A DNA stretch of 24,000 nt from Propionibacteriaceae bacterium. GTDB taxonomy: Bacteria; Actinomycetota; Actinomycetes; Propionibacteriales; Propionibacteriaceae. The translations under genes and the position numbers were made by a program. The stretch covers positions 19,255 through 43,254 of the forward strand of contig JBIQHF010000012.1 in the NCBI GenBank assembly GCA_044508675.1. The letters are read 5' to 3'. Shown piece by piece: positions 1 to 8,575 of the stretch. The notes beneath the pieces are model-generated. The model saw nothing but the letters and a program-made list of their open reading frames with translations, did no database searches and had not been told where the DNA came from. The number at the start of each line of letters is the position of its first letter. Positions within the stretch are counted from its first letter, which is position 1.

Positions 1-1505
1 GCCTGGCGTTGTGGCACGGGCTCACCCCGGCCCTCGCGCTGTCGATCAGTTGCTGGGTGGCCGGTGCCGCGATGTTCCTGGCCCGCAACCGTGTCTACGA
101 CCTCCAGGGCACGATGCCGGCGATCATGCCGGCGAACGAGGCCTACCATCGTTTCATCCGCTGGCTCGACCGGCTCGCGGTGGAGGTGACGGCGCGGGTG
201 CAGCCGGGATCGTTGCCGATCTACCTGGGGGCGATCCTCGGGGTGCTGGTGCTGTTCACCGGTACCGCGGCGTTCACCCAGACCGGGCTCGGTGCCGGGG
301 TCCGGGCCTGGGACAGCCCGGTGCAGGCGATCGTCGGCCTGGTGATGTGCGTCGCCGCCTGGCTGGCGGCGAACTCGCGCGGCCGGCTGAAGGCGGTCAT
401 CCTGGTCGGCGTCACCGGCTACGGGCTGGCCCTGCTGTTCCTGCTGCACGGCGCGCCCGACCTGGCACTGACGCAGGTGCTCGTCGAGTCGGTGTCGATC
501 GTGGTGTTCGTGCTGGTGCTGCGCAAGCTGCCCAAGTACTTCACCGACCGTCCGCTGACGTCGATGCGCTGGTGGCGGATCATCCTGGCCGTCGCCGTCG
601 GGGCGACCGTGGTGATGAGCATCCTCGTCGCGACCACGGCACGCATCGCCACCCCCGTCTCGGTGGCGTTCTACAAGGAGGCGTTCGAGTTCGGCCACGG
701 CAAGAACATCGTCAACGTCACCCTGGTCGACACCCGTGCCTGGGACACCCTGGGCGAGATCACCGTGCTGCTGATCGCGGCCACCGGCGTCGCCTCGTTG
801 ATCTTCATCCGTGCCCGCTACACGCGGCGGCCTCCGGCGGAGGAGCGCGACCTCTCCAACTCCCAGCAGCTCGCCGCCGGCCCGCCCCGCTACTCCTGGC
901 TGAGGGGGGGCCAGACCCTCTCGCCGCTGCGCCGGTCGCTGGTGATGGAGGTGATCACTCGGCTGCTGTTCCCGGTGATGATGATCGCCTCGTTCTTCAT
1001 CCTGATGTCCGGCCACAACGCCCCGGGCGGAGGATTCGCCGGCGGCCTGATCGCCGGCCTGGCGCTGGTCCTGCGCTACCTGGCCGGCGGCCGACACGAG
1101 CTCGACGACGCCGCCCCGGTCGATGCCGGTACGGTGCTGGGCGCGGGCATGGTCGTCGCCGTCCTGTCCGCGGTGGTGCCGCTGGCGTTCGGCGGGACGG
1201 TGCTGCAGTCCTACGCCATTGACATCCACCTGCCGGCGATCGCCGAGGTGACGACGTTCGGCGCCACCTGGCCCCTTCTGGGGGACATCCACCTGGTCAC
1301 GTCGGTGTTCTTCGACATCGGTGTCTACCTGGTCGTGATCGGCCTGCTGCTCGACATCGCGCGGTCCCTGGGCGCGGGCATCGACGTGCAGGCGGAGCAG
1401 GACCGGGCCCCGCTGCCGGTCGTCGGTGGCGGCGTGCGAGGTGGTCGCAGTGCGGTCCGGCTGCCCGCCCGTCCGTTCGAGGAGCCGCAGGAGAGCGAGG
1501 TCTGA
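1..1505 (+). CDS. mrpA: Mrp/Mnh cation:proton antiporter subunit A, C-terminal part with fused MrpB-like domain (5' end upstream of window)
   Basis: Reading frame is open to the window edge. Polytopic membrane protein. The C-terminal half carries the MnhB-type motif GHNAPGGGFAGG. Stop TGA overlaps the mrpC ATG (TGATG at 1503-1507), and C-D-E-F-G follow in canonical mrp order. Confidence 0.88.
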   Translation, partial: LALWHGLTPALALSISCWVAGAAMFLARNRVYDLQGTMPAIMPANEAYHRFIRWLDRLAVEVTARVQPGSLPIYLGAILGVLVLFTGTAAFTQTGLGAGVRAWDSPVQAIVGLVMCVAAWLAANSRGRLKAVILVGVTGYGLALLFLLHGAPDLALTQVLVESVSIVVFVLVLRKLPKYFTDRPLTSMRWWRIILAVAVGATVVMSILVATTARIATPVSVAFYKEAFEFGHGKNIVNVTLVDTRAWDTLGEITVLLIAATGVASLIFIRARYTRRPPAEERDLSNSQQLAAGPPRYSWLRGGQTLSPLRRSLVMEVITRLLFPVMMIASFFILMSGHNAPGGGFAGGLIAGLALVLRYLAGGRHELDDAAPVDAGTVLGAGMVVAVLSAVVPLAFGGTVLQSYAIDIHLPAIAEVTTFGATWPLLGDIHLVTSVFFDIGVYLVVIGLLLDIARSLGAGIDVQAEQDRAPLPVVGGGVRGGRSAVRLPARPFEEPQESEV

Positions 1506-2197
1506 TGGAGCCGAACCTCACGCTGGTGCTGGTCTCCGGCTTCCTCATCGCCTGCGGCGTCTACCTGCTGCTGGAGCGGTCACTGACCCGGATCCTGATC
1601 GGCATCATGCTCGCCTCCAACGGCGTGAACCTGCTCTATCCGGTGGTCGCCGGCCAGGCCCGACAACCCGCGTTCGTGGGCATGTACCCGGAGTCCGACA
1701 TCACCGACCCACTGCCCCAGGCGATGGTCCTGACGTCGATCGTGATCACCCTGGCCACGACGGCGTTCCTGCTCGCCATGGCCTACCGGGCGGTCCAGGT
1801 GAACGGGCACGACGAGGTCCAGGACGACGTCGAGGACGCCGTCATCCGCCGGTTGGCCGCCTTCGACGAGGCCTCCGAGTCGTTCGAGGCCAGTGCTGAT
1901 GCCGGGGAACCGGGCGAGGAGGCCGGCGCGGACCTCTTCGACGACTGGGAGCGGGAGCCCGACGAGGGCGAGGACGACGCGGAAGAGGATGACCGCCCGG
2001 GCTGGTACGACGTACCGCCCCTGGCGGATGGCAGGGCGGCCGTGGAGGCGCCGCAACAGGGTGGGTCGTCGGAGGGGTTCGTTGGGCCCGGCGGAGGCGA
2101 CGCGACGCCCGGGACGCCAGCGGACGACCACCAGGCAGGGGCAACCACACCGACGCAGGTAGGGAAAGCGGCCGGGACCGGGGAGGTGACGTCATGA
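1505..2197 (+). CDS. mrpC: Mrp/Mnh antiporter subunit C (NuoK-like) with long acidic C-terminal extension
   Basis: The N-terminal ~105 aa form a three-helix NuoK/MnhC-like membrane domain (MEPNLTLVLVSGFLIACGVYLLLERS...). The rest is an Asp/Glu/Gly-rich low-complexity tail. Stop overlaps the mrpD start (ATGA 2194-2197). Confidence 0.88.
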   Translation: MEPNLTLVLVSGFLIACGVYLLLERSLTRILIGIMLASNGVNLLYPVVAGQARQPAFVGMYPESDITDPLPQAMVLTSIVITLATTAFLLAMAYRAVQVNGHDEVQDDVEDAVIRRLAAFDEASESFEASADAGEPGEEAGADLFDDWEREPDEGEDDAEEDDRPGWYDVPPLADGRAAVEAPQQGGSSEGFVGPGGGDATPGTPADDHQAGATTPTQVGKAAGTGEVTS

Positions 2198-3720
2198 TCT
2201 GGACCTGGTTGTTGCCGATGCCGGTGCTGCTCGCGCTCTTCGGTGCCGGGCTGACCCTGATCCTCGGTCGTCGCCCGAACGGGCAGCGCGCCGTGTCGGT
2301 CACGGTGCTGTCCCTGATCCTGGTCGTCGCCGGGGCCCTGATGTACCTGGCCGACACCCGTGGCCCGCAGGTGCTGTGGATCGCCGGGTGGCCGGCACCA
2401 CTGGGGATCTCGCTGGTGGCGGATCGACTCTCGTCGCTGTTGCTGTTCGTCTCGGCGCTGATCTGCCTCCTCGTGCTGTTGTTCTCCCTCGGACAGGACC
2501 AGGAGGAGCGGCAGCGCGAGACCCCCATCTCGATCTACCACCCGACCTACCTGGCGCTGACCGCGGGCGTGTCCAATGCGTTCCTGACCGGCGACCTGTT
2601 CAACCTGTACGTGGGCTTCGAGATGCTCCTGTTCGCCTCCTTCGTCCTGCTCACGCTGGGCGGCACGGGCGAGCGGATCCGCGCCGGCACCACGTACGTG
2701 GTGGTCTCGTTGGTCAGCTCGCTGCTGTTCCTGGTCGCCCTGGCCGCGGTGTACGGGGCCACCGGCACCGTCAACATGGCGCAGGCCGGGGTGCGGCTGG
2801 CAGAACTGCCGCAGGAGGTCCAGCAGGTCATCCATCTCCTGCTGCTCACGACGTTCGGGATCAAGGCAGCGGTGTTCCCGCTCTCGGCGTGGCTGCCGGA
2901 CTCCTACCCGACCGCGCCGGCCCCGGTGACCGCGGTCTTCGCCGGCCTGCTGACCAAGGTCGGGGTCTACGCGATGATCCGGACCCAGACGGTGCTGTTC
3001 CCGGAGAACGACATGCGCGTGCCGATGATGGTGATCGGTATCCTCACCATGGTGCTGGGCATCCTGGGTGCCATCGCCCAGGGCGAGATCAAGCGCATGC
3101 TGTCGTTCACCCTGGTCAGTCACATCGGCTACATGGTCTTCGGCATCGCCCTCGACACCGATGGCGGCCTGTCCGGCGCGATCTTCTACACCGCCCACCA
3201 CATCATCGTGCAGACCACCCTGTTCCTGGTCGCCGGGCTGATCGAGAGACGTGGCGGATCGACCTCACTCAACGAACTGGGCGGGTTGGCGGCGGCGTCC
3301 CCCGCGCTGGGGGCTCTTTTCCTGGTCCCCGCCCTCAACCTGGCCGGTATTCCACCGATGTCGGGTTTCCTGGGCAAGGTCGGCCTGCTGCGCGCCGGCG
3401 TCGCGGCCGAGGACTGGCTGGCCGGGCTGGGGGTGGCCGCGGTGCTACTGACCAGTCTGCTCACCCTCTTCGCCATGGCGAAGGTGTGGAACCGGGCCTT
3501 CTGGCAGCGCATGCCGCTGGTCGAGAACGAGGACGGCAAACTGGTCGAGGCCGGCCAGCCCATGCAGGCCTCGATGGCCGTCGTCGCGGGCGTGCTGGTC
3601 GCCATCGGCCTGTCCATCTCGGTCATCGCCGGTCCGCTGTACGGCTACACCGACCGGGCCGCCACGGATACCCGCAATGGGGGCTATATCGCCGCCGTGT
3701 TCCCTGAGGGGGTGCGGTGA
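2194..3720 (+). CDS. mrpD: Mrp/Mnh antiporter subunit D (NuoN/NuoM-type proton-translocating subunit)
   Basis: 508-aa polytopic protein with ND2/NuoN-family signature stretches (GFEMLLFASFVLL; WLPDSYPTAPAPVTAVFAGLLTKVGVYA; NLAGIPPMSGFLGK). Located in operon position 3. Confidence 0.92.
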   Translation: MIWTWLLPMPVLLALFGAGLTLILGRRPNGQRAVSVTVLSLILVVAGALMYLADTRGPQVLWIAGWPAPLGISLVADRLSSLLLFVSALICLLVLLFSLGQDQEERQRETPISIYHPTYLALTAGVSNAFLTGDLFNLYVGFEMLLFASFVLLTLGGTGERIRAGTTYVVVSLVSSLLFLVALAAVYGATGTVNMAQAGVRLAELPQEVQQVIHLLLLTTFGIKAAVFPLSAWLPDSYPTAPAPVTAVFAGLLTKVGVYAMIRTQTVLFPENDMRVPMMVIGILTMVLGILGAIAQGEIKRMLSFTLVSHIGYMVFGIALDTDGGLSGAIFYTAHHIIVQTTLFLVAGLIERRGGSTSLNELGGLAAASPALGALFLVPALNLAGIPPMSGFLGKVGLLRAGVAAEDWLAGLGVAAVLLTSLLTLFAMAKVWNRAFWQRMPLVENEDGKLVEAGQPMQASMAVVAGVLVAIGLSISVIAGPLYGYTDRAATDTRNGGYIAAVFPEGVR

Positions 3721-4409
3721 TGCCCGAGCGTCCTGTTCCGGAGCGCGGCCATGTCCCCGACGTCGACCGGGCCCCCTCACGTTTCGGTAAGATCGGCTGG
3801 CGATCGTCACTGGTGGGGGTGCTGATCTGGTGCATCCTGTGGGGCAAGATCGACCTGCTCACCATTTTCGGTGGCCTGGCCATCACCTGGGGCGTAGCCC
3901 TGATGTTCCCGTTGCCGGCGATCCGCTACCGCGGCCGGATCCGCCCCTGGGGAGTCCTGCGGCTGACCGTGGTGACCGTGATCAACCTGGTGGTCTCGTC
4001 GACCCAGGTCGCGGCCCTGGCGGTCAGCTGGCGTCGGCCGGTGAAGAGCGCCATCGTGGGAGTGAAGCTGCGCACGAACTCCGACCTGCTGGTGGCGATG
4101 ATCGTCGAGCTGATCGGACTGGTGCCCGGATCGGTGGTGATCGAGCAGATGCGTACGTCCTCCCGCGTGTACGTGCACGTGCTGGACGTGAAGGACGGCT
4201 CCGAGCTGGAGGGAGCGTACGCGATGGTCCGGGGTGTGGAGGAGCGCGTCATCCGTGCCTTCGGCACCGACAAGGAGGTCGCCCTGGTCAACCAGGGACC
4301 ACCGCGCGAGGACGAGCCGACCCTGGTGGAGCCCCACCTTGGGTGGCAGGCAGGGTCGCGGGGCGTGCGCAGCACGGACAACAGCCACGGACCCGAGGAG
4401 CGTCGATGA
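3717..4409 (+). CDS. mrpE: Mrp/Mnh antiporter subunit E
   Basis: Lies between mrpD and mrpF. Start overlaps the mrpD stop (GTGATG) and stop overlaps the mrpF start (ATGA 4406-4409). Has N-terminal TM helices followed by a soluble domain. Called mainly from operon position and topology. Confidence 0.75.
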   Translation: MMPERPVPERGHVPDVDRAPSRFGKIGWRSSLVGVLIWCILWGKIDLLTIFGGLAITWGVALMFPLPAIRYRGRIRPWGVLRLTVVTVINLVVSSTQVAALAVSWRRPVKSAIVGVKLRTNSDLLVAMIVELIGLVPGSVVIEQMRTSSRVYVHVLDVKDGSELEGAYAMVRGVEERVIRAFGTDKEVALVNQGPPREDEPTLVEPHLGWQAGSRGVRSTDNSHGPEERR

Positions 4410-4849
4410 GTCCGGTCGAAGTCGTCCGTACGGCCCAGCTGGTGGTGGTGCTGCTGAGCATCGGCACGCTGGCAGGCGCCGCGGCGTTCACCCTCTACCG
4501 GTTGAGCAAGGGCCCGACCAGCCTGGACCGGATCATCGCCAGCGACCTGATCGTCGGTATCGCGGTGGGGGCGTTCGCCCTGCACGTGGTGGTCTCGGAC
4601 CGGGTGACCACCCTGCCGATCATGCTGGCGATCTCCCTGGTCGGGTTCATCGGCGCCGTGTCCATGGCTCGGTTCGTGCATGACCGGCCGGAAACCAGTC
4701 GCCGGGACGTCCGTCGGACCCGCCGGCACGGCGATGCCCGCGGTCCCGTCGTCCGGGGCGAACGGCCCGGTTCCACGGGTGCCCCGCGAACTCCGTCCTC
4801 CGGGTACCGGCACAGGCAGGACGACCCGTCCGTGGGAGGTTCGGAATGA
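4406..4849 (+). CDS. mrpF: Mrp/Mnh antiporter subunit F with basic C-terminal tail
   Basis: Uses the internal ATG at 4406 of the listed 3830..4849 ORF, which gives MSPVEVVRTAQLVVVLLSIGTLAGAAAFTLYRLSKGPTSLDRIIASDLI..., a typical three-helix MnhF. The upstream part of that ORF is out-of-frame overlap with mrpE. ATGA couplings at both ends. Confidence 0.85.
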   Translation: MSPVEVVRTAQLVVVLLSIGTLAGAAAFTLYRLSKGPTSLDRIIASDLIVGIAVGAFALHVVVSDRVTTLPIMLAISLVGFIGAVSMARFVHDRPETSRRDVRRTRRHGDARGPVVRGERPGSTGAPRTPSSGYRHRQDDPSVGGSE

Positions 4850-5343
4850 TCTATGCCGTCATGGACCTGGCCGCCGCGCTGCTGTGCCTGGCGGGGGCGC
4901 TGCTGTGCCTGACCGCGGCCGTCGGACTGGTCCGCTTCCCCGACCTGGTGTCCCGGATCCACCCTGCGGCCAAGCCCCAGAGCCTGGGCATCCTGGTGCT
5001 GCTGGTCGGTGTCGCGCTGCACGTGCGGACGTTGTCCGCCACGTTCCTCCTGGCGTTGATCACGATCCTGCAGATGATGACGGTGACGCTGTCGTCCCAC
5101 GTGGTCGCACGGACCGGCTACCGGGCCGGCCTGGTTGAGCCCTCCTCGCTGGTGGCCGATGAACTGGCGGACGCGATCGCTGTCCGTACTCGCGCCGCGG
5201 CCGAGCGCTCCGCCCACCAGGAAGGCCCGACCCCGGCCTCCGACGAACGGTCCGGCCCGGGTACGGAACCGACCCGGACGGCGAACCAGGCAGCACCGGA
5301 CGACGTCCGGGCAGCAGGGGAGAACCGCCACGTCGAGCGCTGA
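4846..5343 (+). CDS. mrpG: Mrp/Mnh antiporter subunit G
   Basis: MIYAVMDLAAALLCLAGALLCLTAAVGLVRFPDLVSRIHPAAKPQSLG... is a typical MnhG N-terminus (RFPD..R.H motif). It is the last gene of the mrp order. C-terminal ~60 aa are low complexity. Confidence 0.88.
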   Translation: MIYAVMDLAAALLCLAGALLCLTAAVGLVRFPDLVSRIHPAAKPQSLGILVLLVGVALHVRTLSATFLLALITILQMMTVTLSSHVVARTGYRAGLVEPSSLVADELADAIAVRTRAAAERSAHQEGPTPASDERSGPGTEPTRTANQAAPDDVRAAGENRHVER

Positions 5344-5391
5344 GGGCAGACCCGGCGTTCGACGTTTGTTGCCGGCTGAAAGAGTGGGGTC

Positions 5392-6543
5392 ATGTCCGCC
5401 CTGACCCAGCATCGACCAGGCCCCCGACCCACCCTCCCGCTCAGCCCGCAGGACTACTACGGCATGCTGCGCACCGAGCGGTTCCGGTGGTGGAAGGGAC
5501 TGCTGGGGATCGTGCTGTTCCTGGTCGGCTTCTTCCTGCTCAGTGCGCTGTTCGGTACCGCCGGCATCATCGTCGACCTCGTCCGCGGCGATGTCACCCC
5601 GGAGCAATTCAGCGCCGACCAGATCGCCGAGGGCGTGCTCCCGATGGGGCCCGGCCTGTTCATCGGCAACAACCTGGCCCTGGCCGGGCTGATCCCGCTG
5701 TCGGTCCTGGTGAACCGTCTGGTCTTCGGGCAGCGGGGTGGTTGGCTCTCCTCGGTGAGCGGCCGCTTCCGTTGGCGGTGGCTGGCCTGGTGCCTGTTGG
5801 CGATCGGCCTGCCCTGGCTGGTGGCCATGCTCGTCGAGCTGTTCGTGGCCGGCGGCGTGGGGGCCACGGTGGTGCTGTCCACCCCGGTACTGGTGCTGCT
5901 GGTGCTGATGCTGGTCACCACACCGCTGCAGGCCGCCGGTGAGGAATGGGGCTTCCGCGGCTTCATTCCGCGCTGTATCGCGGCGATGGTGCCGAATGCG
6001 AAAGTCGGCCTGGCGGTGGCGGCCGTGCTCAGCTCGGCGCTGTTCATGGTTTCGCACCTGGCGCAGGACCCGTGGCTCAATGTCTTCTACTTCTTCCTGG
6101 CGCTGGTCTTCATGGCCCTGACCTGGCGCACTGGTGGGCTCGAGGCGGCGGTCGTGCTGCACGCGGTCAACAATGTCGTCGCGCTCACTCCGGTGATCCT
6201 GACCGACCAGCTCGGAGGCGCGATGGACCGCAGTGCCGGTGTGGGCAACTGGACCACTCTGCTGCCGATCGTGCTGGGCATCGCCCTGGTCTTCGTGGCC
6301 GGCCAGCTGGCCCGCCGCCGCGGGATCGCGCGGGTCTCGGCACCGGGACTCGCCGAGCTCCAGGCCCCGCGGGTGGATGGGGCGGCGGCTCCGGGGTCCG
6401 TCTGCGCCACGGACCCCGAGGCGGACACCTCGAGTGGAACCACTGCACCGCACACAGACTCGGACCAATCGGCTCGGCGGGTTACTCTAGACGTCTATGA
6501 GCATCGCGACGACCCCCAGCACGGCGCCGACGACCGGCCCTGA
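5392..6543 (+). CDS. CPBP-family intramembrane glutamic endopeptidase (CAAX protease/Abi, PF02517-like)
   Basis: Multi-TM protein with CPBP motif 1 EEWGFRG (starts at 5941), the FxxxH motif (LFMVSHL) and motif HAVNN (His codon 6160-6162). Has a long hydrophilic C-terminal tail. The 3' end overlaps the next gene by 47 nt. Confidence 0.85.
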   Translation: MSALTQHRPGPRPTLPLSPQDYYGMLRTERFRWWKGLLGIVLFLVGFFLLSALFGTAGIIVDLVRGDVTPEQFSADQIAEGVLPMGPGLFIGNNLALAGLIPLSVLVNRLVFGQRGGWLSSVSGRFRWRWLAWCLLAIGLPWLVAMLVELFVAGGVGATVVLSTPVLVLLVLMLVTTPLQAAGEEWGFRGFIPRCIAAMVPNAKVGLAVAAVLSSALFMVSHLAQDPWLNVFYFFLALVFMALTWRTGGLEAAVVLHAVNNVVALTPVILTDQLGGAMDRSAGVGNWTTLLPIVLGIALVFVAGQLARRRGIARVSAPGLAELQAPRVDGAAAPGSVCATDPEADTSSGTTAPHTDSDQSARRVTLDVYEHRDDPQHGADDRP

Positions 6544-8476
6544 GTCCCTCTTCTCCCGGCTCGAGCCGTTGCTGGCCCGGGTCGGCAAGCCGATCCAGTA
6601 CGTGGGCGGCGAGCTCAACTCCGTGGTGAAGGACTGGGACAGCATCGAGGTCCGCTGGTGCCTGTCCTATCCCGACGCGTACGAGGTGGGCCAGCCCAAC
6701 CAGGGGATCGCGATCCTGTACGAGGTCCTCAACGAGCGCGACTGGATCCTCGCCGAGCGCACCTACACGGTGTGGCCCGACATGGCGGCGCTGATGCGCG
6801 GTGCGGGCGTGCCGCAGTTCACCTTGGACACGCACCGCCCGGTGCGGGCCTTCGACGTGCTCGGCTTCAGCTTCTCCACCGAGCTCGGCTACACCAACAT
6901 GCTGGAGACGATCGACCTGGCCGGGATGCCGCTGCACGCGGTCGACCGCGGTGAGGAGGACCCGATCGTGCTGGCCGGCGGCCATGCCGCGTTCAACCCC
7001 GAGCCGATCGCCGACTTCATCGACGCCGCGGTCCTCGGTGACGGCGAGGAGATCTCCTTGGCGATCTCCGCGGTGATCCGCGAGTGGAAGGCCGAGGGAC
7101 GTCCGGACGGACGCGACGGCCTGCTGCTGCGGCTGGCCGAGTCCGGTGGCGTGTACGTGCCGAAGTTCTACGATGTCGACCACCTTCCCGACGGCCGGAT
7201 CCGCCGGATCGCACCGAACCGGCCGACCGTGCCGTACTCCATCCGCAAGCACACGCTGATGGACCTGGACAACTGGCCCTACCCCAAGCACCCGTTGGTG
7301 CCGTTGGCCGAGACGGTGCACGAGCGCTACTCGGTGGAGATCTTCCGCGGCTGCACCCGGGGCTGCCGCTTCTGCCAGGCGGGGATGATCACCCGTCCGG
7401 TACGCGAGCGCAGCATCGAGACCATCGGCGCGATGGTGCAGGCCGGCCTCGAGGCGACAGGCCTGGAGGAGGTCGGGCTGCTGTCGCTGTCCTCGGCCGA
7501 CCACTCCGAGATCGCCGACGTCACCCGGCAGCTCGCCGACCGGTACGAGGGGTCCAATGTGTCCCTGTCGCTGCCCTCGACCCGGGTGGATGCGTTCAAC
7601 ATCGACCTCGCCAACGAGCTGTCCCGTAACGGTCGCCGTTCGGGCCTGACCTTCGCCCCCGAGGGCGGGTCGGAGCGGATGCGCCGGGTGATCAACAAGC
7701 AGGTCGACGAGGAGGACCTGATCCGTACGGTTGCCGCCGCCTACTCCAACGGGTGGCGCAACGTGAAGCTGTACTTCATGTGTGGCCTCCCGACCGAGAC
7801 CGACGACGACGTCCTGGCCATCGCCGACCTGGCCCGGCGGGTGATCGAGACCGGTCGGGAGGTCTCGGGACGCAAGGACATCCGCTGTACCGTCTCGATC
7901 GGCGGCTTCGTCCCCAAGCCCCACACCCCCTTCCAGTGGGTCGCCCAGCTCGACGCGGAGACCACCGACGTGCGGCTGCAGAAACTGCGGGACATCATCC
8001 GGGCCGACAAGCGGTACGGACGCTCGATCGGCTTCCGCTACCACGACGGCAAGCCCGGCATCGTCGAGGGCCTGCTGTCGCGCGGTGACCGCCGGGTCGG
8101 CGCGGTGATCGAGGAGGTGTGGCGCAACGGCGGCCACTTCGACGGCTGGAGCGAGCACTTCTCGTACGAGCGGTGGATGGCCGCGGCCGAGACGGTCTTC
8201 GCCGAGGCGCCGGTCGACGTCGCCTGGTACACCACCCGGGAGCGCGACTACGACGAGGTGCTGCCCTGGGACCACCTCGACTCCGGCCTGGACCGCGACT
8301 GGCTGTGGGACGACTGGCAGGATGCCCTCGACGAGCGGCCGGTCGACGACTGCCGCTGGACCCCCTGCTACGACTGCGGCGTCTGCCCCCAGATGGACTC
8401 CGAGATCCAGGTCGGCCCGACCGGCCGGGCGCTGCTGCCGCTCACTCCGGTGCGCAATCCGCTCGTCGCGGACTGA
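6497..8476 (+). CDS. TIGR03960-type B12-binding-domain radical SAM protein
   Basis: N-terminus FSRLEPLLARVGKPIQYVGGELNS is typical of this family. The CxxxCxxC cluster motif CTRGCRFC has Cys codons at 7352, 7364 and 7373. Size is 659 aa. The partner gene (TIGR03936) is present at 11108. Confidence 0.88.
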   Translation: MSIATTPSTAPTTGPESLFSRLEPLLARVGKPIQYVGGELNSVVKDWDSIEVRWCLSYPDAYEVGQPNQGIAILYEVLNERDWILAERTYTVWPDMAALMRGAGVPQFTLDTHRPVRAFDVLGFSFSTELGYTNMLETIDLAGMPLHAVDRGEEDPIVLAGGHAAFNPEPIADFIDAAVLGDGEEISLAISAVIREWKAEGRPDGRDGLLLRLAESGGVYVPKFYDVDHLPDGRIRRIAPNRPTVPYSIRKHTLMDLDNWPYPKHPLVPLAETVHERYSVEIFRGCTRGCRFCQAGMITRPVRERSIETIGAMVQAGLEATGLEEVGLLSLSSADHSEIADVTRQLADRYEGSNVSLSLPSTRVDAFNIDLANELSRNGRRSGLTFAPEGGSERMRRVINKQVDEEDLIRTVAAAYSNGWRNVKLYFMCGLPTETDDDVLAIADLARRVIETGREVSGRKDIRCTVSIGGFVPKPHTPFQWVAQLDAETTDVRLQKLRDIIRADKRYGRSIGFRYHDGKPGIVEGLLSRGDRRVGAVIEEVWRNGGHFDGWSEHFSYERWMAAAETVFAEAPVDVAWYTTRERDYDEVLPWDHLDSGLDRDWLWDDWQDALDERPVDDCRWTPCYDCGVCPQMDSEIQVGPTGRALLPLTPVRNPLVAD

Positions 8477-8482
8477 GGCCCT

Positions 8483-8506
8483 TGGCGGCCCGGACGAAGG
8501 CCGCCA
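8483..8506. terminator. Candidate bidirectional stem-loop between convergent genes
   Basis: TGGCGGCC (8483-8490) / GGCCGCCA (8499-8506) form an 8-bp GC stem with an 8-nt loop. It sits 7 nt after the radical SAM stop and 70 nt after the malic enzyme stop. There is no clear U tract. Confidence 0.4.
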
Positions 8507-8575
8507 CCTTGTCCGGGTGGCCGAGCGCATCGGCACCGGCGCGCCCGGCCCACTCGCCGGCGCCATGTCCCACCG

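Noticed and set aside
904-910. G7 homopolymer inside mrpA as a possible phase-variation tract
   Set aside because: The reading frame is intact across it (…SWLRGGQTL…). Runs of this length are common in high-GC genomes, and there is no evidence of a frameshift.
5344-5391. Possible terminator after mrpG (CCGGC...GCCGG)
   Set aside because: The stem is only 5 bp with a 14-nt loop and there is no U tract, which is too weak to call.
6482-8566. 694-aa minus-strand ORF opposite the radical SAM gene; similar long antisense ORFs at 1783-3201, 4495-6468, 10772-11728, 13512-14792, 21701-23149 and 23160-23825
   Set aside because: Each one mirrors a motif-bearing gene on the other strand and has a low-complexity Arg/Pro/Gly composition. 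None has an SD or recognisable domains, so they are treated as GC-driven shadow ORFs.
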